Notes: generated by a model not told the origin, from the sequence alone. DNA of 64,000 bases from an uncultured Acidobacteriota bacterium (GCA_963777605.1 CAVZRV010000007.1:576001-640000), one strand, 5' to 3'. Numbered from the stretch's first letter, positions 31,625-42,178 are shown. Numbers and translations: made by a program.

Positions 31625-33753
31625 TCGCTACTCCAGCTTATTCCAAATCGCACCGAACGTCCTGGTTCCAGAACGGACTTTCGGTCAGCCGTGGCAAAGA
31701 AAGACTCGTTGAACAAGTTGTCCGCCCGGGCGAAGACCTCCATTCCCGAAACAACCTTGTATCCGGCGAAAACCGACAACGGGTGGGCTCGTGGAATCAC
31801 CTTCTCACCGCTTCCGGGATCCTTCTTGGAGGCCAGGAAATCGCAGTCTGCTCCAGCATTCCAACTCCCCTCCTTGTAGCGGAATCCCCCTCCAAGCCGA
31901 TGCACCGGAATATCGGATAGAGGGGCACCGTTCGAGTCACTTCCCCGCAGAAAATGTCCTCTCGCGAACAACTTGAGCCTTTCGGACGGTCCCCAGGCGG
32001 TTTCCCATTCAATCCCCCGGATCTCTCCCGAAATCAGATTTCGGTAGGAAAGCACATCGGGAGCAACTTCAATTCGCTCGATGTAGCGATCGATCCAGTT
32101 TTGAAAGATCGTGACTCCGGCGAAAAACGTCGTCCCACCCCCTTTGATTCCACCTTCAAGGTCAAGTGAGCGCTCCGGGCTGAGGCTTGCGTTTCCGATG
32201 ACTTCTCCTCGACCGGTGGTTCCGGAGTAGTAACGCTCGCCGAGGGACGGAAACCGCACACCCGACCCCAGTGATCCCGTGAGTTGCAGCCCGTTCTTGA
32301 GTGGAAACAAAATGCCGGCATATCCACTCCCCGCAGTATCGGAAAAAGACGGTGCCGCCCCACCGTTCTCCTGTCTCAGCAGAAGCCAACGCCCCCCCGC
32401 CTCCAAAAGCGACGGACCTAACGGGAAACTCCCCGAAAGCTGAAGTCCGAGTTCGTCTTCCAAGGCGTTGTCCAGCGTTCTGAGTTGCGCCGCATCGTTC
32501 GAGGCCGTGAGGTCAACCACGCGCTCTGTGGCCGATACCCTGCGCCTGCCAAAGTAGTCGAGGCCGATACGCAGGGACTTTCCTCTCTCAAGAGTGAACT
32601 CCTTCGACGACTTCAGCCCAAAATCGGTCGACTCGTTTCGCACCTCCGACTTTCCTTCCGCCTCCAGAGTCTCGGTCAGCAGGTCCTGTGGATGGACGAA
32701 CAGATCGAAGGAGAATCCTTTCCCGGTGCTCCCGCTGAAATCGGCGATCAGGTGGCGTTCGCGGGGATACCCGGCAATCCGCTCAGGGTAATCCGAATTG
32801 GGCTTTCCTATGTTCTCACCAAAGGCGGGGAGGACAAGAAGATGAAAAGCCCGGTCCCGGGAAACCCAGTCACGCATCAGGGTACCCGACAACTGGCGGT
32901 AGTGAGAGTTGATCGTCCCGCCGTCGGGCATCGACGAGTTGTCAGCCCGACGGGCTGCCACTCCGACCGACCAATGCCGGTCGCCCCAACCCGCGGTCGT
33001 GAACCCCTCGTTCCCCTGGCTTCCCCAGCCGGCCTGAAACGAGTCTCCTTGAAATCTCCGAGGCTGCACCTCGACAACTCCCCCGACAGCCCCGGAGCCG
33101 TAGTAACTCGAGGCTGGGCCGCGAATGACATCCATTTCCTCCACCAACAACGGGTCGAGAAAAGAGATTGAGACTCCAGCCCTCCGTTCACTGGTCAGTC
33201 GGACTCCGGAGATTGAGGTCAGAATTCGGTTCCGGGACATACCGCGGATTGAGTAAACCTGGAACTGACCTCCCTGCCCGTTCAGAGCGACACCGGGAAT
33301 CCGGGTCATTTGGTCGGCCAGGCGCCCGTCGGGAAGAACAGTCTCAGACACATCAACTCGACTCACAGCCGCTCCTGCCGGAGCAAATCGTTCGTCCTCG
33401 ACCACAGCGGTGACGACAACTTCGTCAACCGGTTGGGGCAAAGGTTGCAGCGTGATCCGGATCGGATCGGCAGATCTGACCATTACCCTGACTCGCGAAG
33501 GTTGCCCGCCCCCAACCAACAGAACCGCGGGGAAACCGGGGACCTCGATACTGAATTGTCCCCGTTCGTCAGTGTTAACAACACTGTCCGGGACCGACTC
33601 CAACGCAACCGATACTCCTGAAGCCGGGGTCCCGTCTCGTGCGACTACAACTCCCTCGACCTTGAGTGGGGAGGAAGTCGCTGGGGCAAACAGAAATGAG
33701 AGGGCAGCAAAAAGGAAGATCATAACGTCCGCTTCCCCGGTCAAAGGCAGCAC
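31621..33753 (-). CDS. TonB-dependent receptor with N-terminal carboxypeptidase-regulatory-like domain
   Basis: DEVVVTA TonB box, IRG, RGPASSYYGSGAVGGVV, PERS and DNLFN motifs. The true start may be about 33723. Confidence 0.9.
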   Translation of the reverse strand: MLPLTGEADVMIFLFAALSFLFAPATSSPLKVEGVVVARDGTPASGVSVALESVPDSVVNTDERGQFSIEVPGFPAVLLVGGGQPSRVRVMVRSADPIRITLQPLPQPVDEVVVTAVVEDERFAPAGAAVSRVDVSETVLPDGRLADQMTRIPGVALNGQGGQFQVYSIRGMSRNRILTSISGVRLTSERRAGVSISFLDPLLVEEMDVIRGPASSYYGSGAVGGVVEVQPRRFQGDSFQAGWGSQGNEGFTTAGWGDRHWSVGVAARRADNSSMPDGGTINSHYRQLSGTLMRDWVSRDRAFHLLVLPAFGENIGKPNSDYPERIAGYPRERHLIADFSGSTGKGFSFDLFVHPQDLLTETLEAEGKSEVRNESTDFGLKSSKEFTLERGKSLRIGLDYFGRRRVSATERVVDLTASNDAAQLRTLDNALEDELGLQLSGSFPLGPSLLEAGGRWLLLRQENGGAAPSFSDTAGSGYAGILFPLKNGLQLTGSLGSGVRFPSLGERYYSGTTGRGEVIGNASLSPERSLDLEGGIKGGGTTFFAGVTIFQNWIDRYIERIEVAPDVLSYRNLISGEIRGIEWETAWGPSERLKLFARGHFLRGSDSNGAPLSDIPVHRLGGGFRYKEGSWNAGADCDFLASKKDPGSGEKVIPRAHPLSVFAGYKVVSGMEVFARADNLFNESFFATADRKSVLEPGRSVRFGISWSSE

Positions 33754-33765
33754 GAAATCAAACCA

Positions 33766-34968
33766 TCAATGCAAACCGACAGCCCCCGGCATCGCACGGA
33801 CTTCGAAATCGACCACGATCGGGTCATGGTCGGAAAGTGGCGCGGTCGAGTCATGGACGTCGGTGATGACCCGGGGAGGAGGATCAGACCGGGGAGTCAG
33901 GCCCCGGGCTGCAAACCAGTCCAGCTTGAATGAGCATCTTCCCCCGTTCTTCTCAAGCGCCCAGTTGATGAACCAGAAACACCAGTTGGGAATCCAGTCC
34001 GCCATTCGGCCGTTGGCAGCAAGGTCGGCCACGTCGTAGTGCAGAGTACATCCCCCGGGTTCATTGAAATCCCGGTAGTCAAACCCTCTCCGTTCCAGTT
34101 CCCTGAACAAGTGACGCTCGAACCAGCGGTCAGGGTAGGGGTAGTGGTCGCGGATCACGTGCCGAACTCCCATCAGAACCCGCCTGCAGTACCCCATGAT
34201 GGAGAAAAAGGCGTTCTGTGAGTTGTAGGTGGACGTGTTCCAGTCTCCACCAAGCAGTGCTGGGAGGTCGGGATGGAACTGTTCCAGGTCATCCAGGATC
34301 AGTCGCATCTGGATCATCCGGTGCTTCTGCGTCGAATGCGCATCCAGATGCGCGCTCACTACCCGAAATGGACCGAGCGGGTGGTCTACCACAGCAACCA
34401 CCGCGCGCTGGCAGCCAAGACGCTTCTCCTTCCCCTTCATCTTGTCTTTACCATTCGGCAGCGCCACGGAATGGGCTTCGCACAGCGGGTATTTCGAGAA
34501 GATTGCATTCCCGTGGAGGCCGAATTCGTTGTGCCCAGGGGCACCCGCTTCCAGGCCGCTGCCTTTCTCCAGGTTGAGGTAAGAGGGCGCAAACGCGAAG
34601 CTCATCCCCAACTCCTCAGCCAGTGCGAGTGGTACGCGCCGATTTTCGCTGCGCGCCATTCCATAGTCGAGTTCGGTCAGGATCAGCACATCGCTCTCAC
34701 GAATTACCGGGTGCTCTCGGATAACCCGCACGATGCCATCGAATTCGATGCCCCTCTCGATATTCCAGCCGGTGGCCCGGACGTGATCGGGGTTTCGGTC
34801 GAGCCCCGCAGGCCGGTTCTCCACGAGGACAGCACCCAGGACCTGTTCGATTTTCGGCTTGAGTTGACGGTAGATCGGGAGACCGACCAATTCCTCAGAC
34901 GAGTTGGCCCGGCTCAATTGTGGCAAGTAGGTCTGGAGTTGATGGTCGAGCAGATTCACGAGTTCCAA
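33766..34968 (-). CDS. Endonuclease/exonuclease/phosphatase (EEP) family protein
   Basis: WNIERG, LTELD, GNAIFS, HLD, GGDWN, KLDW and SDHDP motifs. Confidence 0.9.
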   Translation of the reverse strand: MELVNLLDHQLQTYLPQLSRANSSEELVGLPIYRQLKPKIEQVLGAVLVENRPAGLDRNPDHVRATGWNIERGIEFDGIVRVIREHPVIRESDVLILTELDYGMARSENRRVPLALAEELGMSFAFAPSYLNLEKGSGLEAGAPGHNEFGLHGNAIFSKYPLCEAHSVALPNGKDKMKGKEKRLGCQRAVVAVVDHPLGPFRVVSAHLDAHSTQKHRMIQMRLILDDLEQFHPDLPALLGGDWNTSTYNSQNAFFSIMGYCRRVLMGVRHVIRDHYPYPDRWFERHLFRELERRGFDYRDFNEPGGCTLHYDVADLAANGRMADWIPNWCFWFINWALEKNGGRCSFKLDWFAARGLTPRSDPPPRVITDVHDSTAPLSDHDPIVVDFEVRAMPGAVGLH

Positions 34969-35162
34969 TCAGTTCAAAAGCAAACATCCGACAGAACCGG
35001 CATTGTAAGGGTTGGTCGCAAAATCGTGCAACCGGTGACTCCTCGCGAGGCCGCACATCAGGTTGTCCGCCGCCCACCTTGTTCCTGGTTGAGCGAAAGG
35101 TCCGTCATCAAGCTATAATCGCGCCACCGTTTAATTTTCGCAGAGTCTTCGAGGAGGTCAGC

Positions 35163-35576
35163 ATGAACTGGGGGAGAATCGCCGCAGCCGGAATTGCCGG
35201 TGGAATCTGCCTTAATATCGCCAACTTCATCCAACACGGGCTCATCATGGGAACGACTTACACCAAGTATCCCATTTTCGATGTTGCGCCTGCCAACCCG
35301 TTGATGTTCACAATGACGGACGTCCTGATCGGGTTGACGGCGGCACTCCTGTTTGCAAAGACCAGGAAATCCTGGTCCGACGGTGCCGCCGGCGGTCTCC
35401 TGTTCGGGATCCTGCTGGGCCTGGTTGGCTTCTTCCCAAACTTCTATAACCCGCTGATACTGAATGGCTTCCCCTACCATCTGTCCTGGTGCTGGGGCGG
35501 GATTACAGTAATCGGCTACGCCGTTATGGGAACCGTCCAGGGATTGATCTATCGACTTCCAAAGGATGACCTCTAG
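35163..35576 (+). CDS. Hypothetical four-TM membrane protein
   Basis: GAGGAGG RBS; four hydrophobic helices. Confidence 0.75.
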   Translation: MNWGRIAAAGIAGGICLNIANFIQHGLIMGTTYTKYPIFDVAPANPLMFTMTDVLIGLTAALLFAKTRKSWSDGAAGGLLFGILLGLVGFFPNFYNPLILNGFPYHLSWCWGGITVIGYAVMGTVQGLIYRLPKDDL

Positions 35577-35759
35577 TGGACCGATTGAACCCGAGGGGCC
35601 GGCCTCGCAAGCGGGTACCGCCGCCGGCCTTTGGTTTTGAATGGTCTAGTGAACGATTTGTACTCCCTTCTGGGGATTTCCCCTGAAACTGCGCCTTTTT
35701 CACTTTTTTCTTGCCGTCTCCACGCACTTTTGCCCGCACGTTCGTTATTTGTAGATGGG

Positions 35760-36101
35760 GATAGGGGTTTGGCCCCCGCCGGAGGCTTTGCCCGGGGGCT
35801 TGGTGCGCCCGCTGGCGGATTGGCCCGGAGAGACGGGTCAGATTTGGCTCCGCGGGCGATTTCGATCTCGTTTGAGGATGGCCACCTCTTGGTGACCGGA
35901 GAACGAAAAGTGGACATGTCGGAGAAAGATCGCGTACACGTCACCGAGCGACCACGCGGCAGCTTCGAACGATCCTTCCAGCTGCCTGCATCCGTTGACG
36001 CCGCCAAGATCAAGGCCCGCCTGTCAAATGGCGTCCTGGAAGTGCGGGTGCCCAAGCGCGAGGAATCGCGTGAACGGCAAATCGCGATCAAGGTGGAGTG
36101 A
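35760..36101 (+). CDS. Hsp20/alpha-crystallin small heat-shock protein; N-terminus unrecognisable and start uncertain
   Basis: LLVTGERK, ERPRGSFERSFQLP and ARLSNGVLEVRVPK motifs. Confidence 0.7.
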   Translation, partial: DRGLAPAGGFARGLGAPAGGLARRDGSDLAPRAISISFEDGHLLVTGERKVDMSEKDRVHVTERPRGSFERSFQLPASVDAAKIKARLSNGVLEVRVPKREESRERQIAIKVE

Positions 36102-36109
36102 ATTCCGGT

Positions 36110-36136
36110 CGGGGGAGACGTTAAACGCCTCCCCCG
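36110..36136. terminator. Hairpin between convergent genes
   Basis: CGGGGGAGACG-TTAAA-CGCCTCCCCCG. Confidence 0.55.
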
Positions 36137-36144
36137 CCGACTCC

Positions 36145-36657
36145 TTACTCGGATCCGGAACTCACTACGATGTTCCAGATCTCGGACGCGATGCGCCAGT
36201 GTCCGTCTGAACTCTTCTCGACAACCCTCATCAGATTGCCACTTTCAGTCCGGACTTGACCATCCGATCCCGAACTGAAGGCGAGGACATAATTTCCCCG
36301 CTCAACACCAAAGTCGCCATCGGCCCGGACCTCCCGGGTGCGGTAACTGAAGGAGAATTGATCTCCCGCAGTGACCCGCCGAAGGTACGCATCCAGTTGG
36401 GCCGAATCTTCGATGGGTTCCTCTCCCGGAGGCATCACCACGGGCTTTTCACCGTAGAACTCGGCAATGGCAGCAACGTCCCGTTGCGTCCAGGCCATCG
36501 CCCACCCCTTGGTCAAAGCGCGGATGGCATCTTCGGCCGGGTTCGACTTGGGGGCCTCCATCTGCTGAGTCCCGGTCTCTGCTATGGAGCAATAGGCCGT
36601 CAGTGCCGGCACGAAAAGACAAAACACGAACCAGTGAATTCGCAATCTGTGCATCAT
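36145..36657 (-). CDS. Secreted NTF2/SnoaL-like (DUF4440) protein
   Basis: Signal-like N-terminus; AW..RD..AIA.FY, MPPG and DGHWRI motifs. Start is approximate. Confidence 0.75.
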   Translation of the reverse strand: MMHRLRIHWFVFCLFVPALTAYCSIAETGTQQMEAPKSNPAEDAIRALTKGWAMAWTQRDVAAIAEFYGEKPVVMPPGEEPIEDSAQLDAYLRRVTAGDQFSFSYRTREVRADGDFGVERGNYVLAFSSGSDGQVRTESGNLMRVVEKSSDGHWRIASEIWNIVVSSGSE

Positions 36658-36751
36658 TGCTCGCCTTGATATTCCAGATCGGTACCGTTTGTCAAAGCGC
36701 ATCAGGCCCGCGGACTCAATTGACGGAATCGCAGTCTATACTGGTTCCGGC

Positions 36752-37877
36752 ATGGCATCGAACTCCAGGTCGCCGCTGATCACCCTATCGGAAGACTACG
36801 CTCGCAGACGGTTTTCGAGCGATTCGACCGGGCACGACTGGTTTCATATCGACCGGGTAAGGAGGACGGCTCTCGCCATTGCTCGCGTCGAGGCCGGAAA
36901 CGCCGACGCGATGCTGGTGGAAATTGCCGCGCTTCTCCACGAGGTCGGGGACTGGAAGCTGATGCCTGGCGGAGACAACGCTCTGTGGGAAAGACTCCGG
37001 TCTGCTGGAGCCAGAGAACCGCTGATTTCCGCAATCCAGAAAATCATCGGCGAAATCAGCTTCAAGGGTGCCGGTGTCGACACCCGCCCGTTGACAGCCG
37101 AGGGCAAGATCGTCCAGGATGCGGATCGCCTGGACGCACTGGGAGCCATTGGGCTCGCTCGCGCTTTCGCCTACGGCGGGAAAAAGGGCCAGCCGATCCA
37201 TGACCCCGATGTAGAGCCTTGCCGGCACGACAGCTTCGAAGCCTACCGCAACCACATCCGGAACAACCATCAATCACTTTTACGAGAAGCTGCTTCTCCT
37301 TCGAGACTTGATGAACACCAGGGAGGGCCGTCGTCGTGCGCTGATCCGTCACCGCTTCATGGAGGATTTCCTGGCGCGTTTCCACCGCGAGTGGGAAGGC
37401 CTGGATACCACGACTGCTTCAGTTCGGATCCTCTCGGGTGGTCAGACCGGGGTGGATCGTGCGGCCCTCGATACAGCCCTCGACCTGGGCCTCCCCGCCG
37501 GCGGCTGGTGTCCTCAAGGGAGATGGGCTGAAGATGGCCCGCTCGATTCCCGCTATCCCCTTCAGGAGACTCCGTCGCCGGATCCGGCAGAACGGACGGA
37601 ATGGAACGTGCGCGACTCTGACGGCACGCTGATCCTGTTCCGCGAACGCACTTTCGGTGGGACCGCGCTCGCTGCCGAACTGGCAGAGAAACTCCATCGG
37701 CCATGTCTCATGGTGGACTTCCAGGGGAATGCGGACGTCGAACCGGCGCTGGACTGGCTGAGCAAGAATCGCATCGGCACCCTGAACGTTGCCGGACCGA
37801 GGGCCAGTGAAGACCCTTTCATCTACGAACAGGCCAGGATTTACCTCGGGCGACTGCTGTGCAAGTCGGCGACTTGA
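36752..37877 (+). CDS. HD-domain phosphohydrolase fused to a SLOG-superfamily (putative Mo-cofactor carrier-like) domain; one frameshift near 37250
   Basis: GHDWFH, ALLHE and [14 protein letters not shown]. After a +1 shift, [10 protein letters not shown]...EWEG runs without a stop into [13 protein letters not shown]...[12 protein letters not shown]...NVAGPR. Confidence 0.75.
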
Positions 37878-37936
37878 GGAAACCCTTCGGCGTTCGGACT
37901 CGCGTCGGAGCAAGGAATCTGTGCTAGCATCTCTCG

Positions 37937-38636
37937 ATGCCGCGAACAGTGGGAGTGCTAGGCGGGATGGGACCATTGGCCGGCGCGGTGTTCGCCCAGT
38001 ACCTGGTGGAACTTGCCCCTGCCGCGACGGATCAGGAACACATCCCGGTTGTGCTGATCAACGATCCCAATATTCCCGATCGAACCGCCTACATCCTGGG
38101 GGCGTCCACCCGTTCACCGCTGCCCCACCTGATCGATCACGCCCGCAAGCTTGAACAACTGGGAGCAGAACTGATCGCGATCCCGTGCAACACCGCTCAC
38201 GTGTTCTGGTCCGAGGTTGCTCGTTCCGTCTCGATTCCCGTACTGAACATCATTGACGAAACGGCACGGCGAATCGAATCGGAAGAGGGCAGCCGACGGA
38301 TCGGGCTACTGGCCACAAAAGGCACCGTCAAGGCTGGCCTTTACCAGAAGTGGTCTGGAGGCCGCAGAGTGCGAACTGGTCCTTCCCTCCGACGAGTTAC
38401 AGCATCGAGTACAGGCGATTATCGGGGCAGTCAAAGCAAACCGGGATCGCGGCGTTCTTGAACAGAGGTTCCGGGAAGCCATTGCGGAGATCCGCACTGC
38501 TGGGGCGGACCGGGTCATTCTCGGCTGTACCGAACTCAGCCTCATCCGCCAGGACGGTGGTTCGAGTCAAGTCCTGGACTCGATGAAGATCCTTGCCGAA
38601 GCGACTGTTGAGCAGGCCTTCCGCGACTGCCGCTGA
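37937..38636 (+). CDS. Aspartate/glutamate racemase family protein; frameshift near 38350
   Basis: GVLGGMGP, IPDRT, IPCNTAH and GLLATKGT in the first frame; ILGCTEL in the second. Confidence 0.85.
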
Positions 38637-38778
38637 CCTCCTGCCTGCATCGAAATCGGACATCGTGTAGGGATTGGCGCAAGAATTCCTTGCACCTGTT
38701 CCGGTCCAAAGGCGGAGTTAGCGGGAATCTCCGTTTGGCCCCAATCTTGCGGTCGGACACGGTGAAGGAGAAAAGTGC

Positions 38779-39450
38779 ATGTCATTTACCAATGCTGCAA
38801 AACATCAACGAATCCAGGAAAGTCTTCTGGCCCCCCTGGAATCGAAGGTTCTGAAACTCTTCGCGCGCATCATGCCGGGCTGGGTCAACTCCGATCACCT
38901 GACGACTCTCGGGCTCCTCGGAATGCTCCTGGCAGCCCTGTTCTATTACCTGAGTCAATGGAACTCTGCCTATCTGTACCTGGTCAACCTGGCAATCTTC
39001 GTGAACTGGTTTGGCGACAGCCTGGATGGGACCCTGGCACGACATCGAAATCGTCAGCGCCCCCGCTACGGTTATTACGTGGACCACATCCTCGACAGTT
39101 TCGGAGCACTGGCGCTCGTGGTCGGGCTATCTCTCTCCGGGTTGATGAGCGAGCGGTTGGCCGCTGCGTTCCTGGTGGTCTACCTGTTGCTCAATATCCA
39201 CATCTACCTCGCCACAACTGCCACTGGAAGGTTCAAAATTTCCTTCGGGCTGGTTGGGCCAACGGAACTCAGGATCGGTCTGATGATCGGCAACCTCTTC
39301 CTGTTGAGTAGGCCGACGGTCGGCCTCTTCGGACAGCGCTATCTGCTTTTCGACGTCGGCGGAGTTCTGGGCATCGTCGTTCTGGCCGGTATTCTGCTCT
39401 TCTCAACGATTCGCGTAACCAGGGAGTTGTACTGCCTTGAGCGCCTCTAG
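38779..39450 (+). CDS. CDP-alcohol phosphatidyltransferase family protein
   Basis: DSLDGTLAR...YG.YVDH..D signature; GPTE. Confidence 0.9.
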   Translation: MSFTNAAKHQRIQESLLAPLESKVLKLFARIMPGWVNSDHLTTLGLLGMLLAALFYYLSQWNSAYLYLVNLAIFVNWFGDSLDGTLARHRNRQRPRYGYYVDHILDSFGALALVVGLSLSGLMSERLAAAFLVVYLLLNIHIYLATTATGRFKISFGLVGPTELRIGLMIGNLFLLSRPTVGLFGQRYLLFDVGGVLGIVVLAGILLFSTIRVTRELYCLERL

Positions 39451-39856
39451 TGTCCTGACCCGGTTTGTTCGATTCAATTCGGTGGGGCTGATCGGGTTCG
39501 GGATTCACATGGGAGTCCTCGGAACGTTGTTCCATCTGATTGGGACGAGTTACCTGACCGCCACTATCGTGGCCGTTGAAGCTGCCGTTCTCCACAATTT
39601 CATGTGGCACCAGCACTGGACCTGGAAGGAACGTCCGTGCCAATCAACTGGAGAACGTTGGAGCCGGTTGCTCCGGTTTCAGGCGTCAAACGGTCTGGTT
39701 TCACTGGTTGGGAACACTCTCTCGATGACTGCGCTGGTGGGTGTCCTGCACATGCCGGTGATGGCGGCAGCTTTCCTGTCAGTCCTTTTCTGCAGCGTGA
39801 TCAACTTCCTCTTCAGCGACCAGTGGGTCTTCCGGGTATCCGGAAAGAAAGCTTGA
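39437..39856 (+). CDS. GtrA family protein
   Basis: RFNSVG, HNF.W...WTW and NF...WVF motifs. Confidence 0.85.
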   Translation: MSASSVLTRFVRFNSVGLIGFGIHMGVLGTLFHLIGTSYLTATIVAVEAAVLHNFMWHQHWTWKERPCQSTGERWSRLLRFQASNGLVSLVGNTLSMTALVGVLHMPVMAAAFLSVLFCSVINFLFSDQWVFRVSGKKA

Positions 39857-39881
39857 GCAGGCCGGGGGAAACCGCGCTTGT

Positions 39882-40607
39882 CTACTGAGCACGGGCCAGG
39901 ACAACGGTAACGTTGTCGTAGCCCCCGGCCTCCAGTGCTCCCTCGACGAGCATCGCCGGCAACTGATCCCATTCGCCACGGGAAAGGAAGCCGGCGATCT
40001 CGTTATCCGACAGGCAGTCGCTGAGGCCGTCCGTACACAAGAGAAAGATGTCACCGGGCTCGATTGCGATCTTGAAGATGTCGCAATTGACGTAGGTTGC
40101 CAGGCCCAGTGAACGCTCTATCAGGTTCTTCTGCGGGTGCATCCGGAGTTGATCTTTGCTGATGGACCCTTCCTTGAACAGGCGAAACACCGGAGAGTGG
40201 TCCTCGGTCAACTGGGTCAGCGTCCCCGCCCGAAACCGATAGATGCGGCTGTCCCCAATATGAGCGATCCAGGCCACGTTCTGATCGGACCAGGGCATCC
40301 ATATCGAACTGAGGGTGGTTCCCATCCCCATTCGCTCAGGGTGAAGTTGCTGGTCGCGGAGAATCTTCCGGTTGGCTTCTTCGATGGCATCGAGAAGGAC
40401 CTTGGCGGCATCCTGAGGGCTCCCGTGGATGCGGTCGCGAAGTGCCTCCACAGCTAGATTACTGGCTACTTCGCCAGCGGCATGTCCTCCCAGGCCGTCG
40501 CAAACCGCACAAAGACAGTCCTCGGGACGGACCAGGTACGCATCCTCATTGTTGGCGCGCACCAAACCCCGGTCTGACAGCGCCATACAACAGATCTCAT
40601 TCGGCAT
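39882..40607 (-). CDS. PP2C/Stp1-type Ser/Thr phosphatase
   Basis: R..NED, DGLGGH..GEVAS, GMGTT, HIGDSR, LCTDGL and GGYDN motifs. Confidence 0.94.
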   Translation of the reverse strand: MPNEICCMALSDRGLVRANNEDAYLVRPEDCLCAVCDGLGGHAAGEVASNLAVEALRDRIHGSPQDAAKVLLDAIEEANRKILRDQQLHPERMGMGTTLSSIWMPWSDQNVAWIAHIGDSRIYRFRAGTLTQLTEDHSPVFRLFKEGSISKDQLRMHPQKNLIERSLGLATYVNCDIFKIAIEPGDIFLLCTDGLSDCLSDNEIAGFLSRGEWDQLPAMLVEGALEAGGYDNVTVVLARAQ

Positions 40608-40618
40608 AGCCGCGCCTT

Positions 40619-40810
40619 TCAATCGAATCCGTTCAACATTCGGATACTGCACTTGATCATTGCGTACCCAATCAGGAAAAGCAGCAGCCACGCCCCGAGC
40701 TTCTTCCAGACTGGATAAGTCAGCTGAGTGCCACAATAGGGACAGTAGACCGATCGTTCGATGAGAATGTACTCACACTGCGGGCATTTTTCCAATCGGC
40801 TCTCGGTCAC
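40619..40810 (-). CDS. Small zinc-ribbon membrane protein
   Basis: CPQC...CPYCG followed by a TM helix. Confidence 0.7.
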   Translation of the reverse strand: MTESRLEKCPQCEYILIERSVYCPYCGTQLTYPVWKKLGAWLLLFLIGYAMIKCSIRMLNGFD

Positions 40811-40926
40811 GGCCTGAATCCCCTGGATATCGAGCTAATCTCCCTGAATCGCCTCCGCAGGCCCGCGCTTCCCACCTCAGGTCTCGGAACTAGGTAAAGA
40901 TTAAACCAAAAGTGGATTGCATTCAC

Positions 40927-41340
40927 CTAATTCCCACGCAGAACGATCACTTCCACCGGGACAACACCGTCGGCAATCATCTTCAATTGCTGGGCAGCCT
41001 TGTAGGAGAGGTCGATGATCCTTCCTTTTCGAAGCGTCTCGATGGGAATGCGGTCGTTGATCCGGACCTTGACCTGGCGGCCATTCTTCTTGTTGATCAC
41101 TCGAACCCAGGTACCAAAGGGGAGACTGAAGTGGGCTGCGGTCAACTTGTTCCGGTCGAAGCGCTCGCCGCTGGCCGTGATCTTCCCGTGATACCCGTCT
41201 CCCCGCCCATACCAGGTCGCGAGCCCCTCCTGACGGCTTTCCACCTCGCTGCCCCCCGGCGGGGGCAACACCCGAGGCTTTTTCCCGCAGCCGGCCGCAA
41301 CCAGAAGAAGGAAAAGCAGCGTCAGGACCCGGACTCTCAC
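40927..41340 (-). CDS. rlpA: RlpA-like lytic transglycosylase lipoprotein (DPBB domain)
   Basis: Lipobox AAGC; ATWYG, TASGE, LTAAH.SLPFGT and RIIDLS motifs. Confidence 0.88.
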   Translation of the reverse strand: MRVRVLTLLFLLLVAAGCGKKPRVLPPPGGSEVESRQEGLATWYGRGDGYHGKITASGERFDRNKLTAAHFSLPFGTWVRVINKKNGRQVKVRINDRIPIETLRKGRIIDLSYKAAQQLKMIADGVVPVEVIVLRGN

Positions 41341-41382
41341 AAACCTGTTTCTATCAGCAAGGGCTGTTATTATCGTTTCATC

Positions 41383-42178
41383 ATGGCCGGCCCACTGGTT
41401 ACCTTCAGCAGCGACTTCGGCACGCGGGAACATTACGTCGGGGCAGTCAAGGGAGTACTGCTTTCGACGAACCCGGACGTCCGAATTGTCGATCTGTGCC
41501 ACGATATTCCTTCTCACGACGTCCTTGCCGGTGCTTTTTCCGTTGCCGGAAGCTGCCCGCTGTTTCCCTCGGGGACCATCCACCTGGTAGTGGTAGACCC
41601 GGGCGTGGGTTCAAACCGGAGAGCCCTGGTCGCTTCTACGGAACGGCACCACTACGTCGCGCCGGACAACGGCGTTCTCTCCCTCCTTCTCGAGAGAGAC
41701 AGTGTCAAGGGTTGTATCAATCGAATCGGAACACTATTTCCGGCATCCGGTTTCTTCGACTTTCCATGCCCGTGACATTTTCGCTCCAGTGGCAGCCTGG
41801 CTCTCGAAAGGTATTGACATCTCCAAGTTCGGACCGGTTATCACCGAATACAAGCGCCTCAGCCTGCCCGCTGTCCAGAAGTTGGAGGCGGGCGGCCTCC
41901 AAGGCCTCGTCCTCCATATCGACAAGTTCGGGAATATCATCACCAGCTTTCGCATCGACCAGTTGCCGAACCTTTTGGAGACGGGCCGTTCAAGCCGAAT
42001 TGAGGTTGGAGGCCATGTGATCGAAGGCCTTGTGCCGTGTTACGAAGATGGGCCCGAAGGGAAGCCGTTCCTGATTGCCGGATCCAGTGGCTATCTCGAA
42101 ATCGCAGCTCCGAAACAGAGCGCCGGTCGTCTTCTCAACCTTCGACGAGGAAACCGTCTCGTACTGTTCAACGACTGA
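41383..42178 (+). CDS. DUF62 SAM hydrolase (SAM hydroxide adenosyltransferase); frameshift near 41700
   Basis: SDFG and VDPGVG..RR in the first frame; STFHARDIFAP, IDKFGN and GYLEIA in the second. Confidence 0.85.

Noticed and set aside
37240-41710. Programmed ribosomal frameshifting in the three singly shifted genes
   Set aside because: I saw no canonical slippery heptamers, and clustering with the shattered SLC13 gene favours indels.
41383-42178. Fluorinase/chlorinase call
   Set aside because: The Asp-Arg-His residues of DUF62 SAM hydrolases are present (DPGVG..RR, TFH), and there is no halometabolite context.
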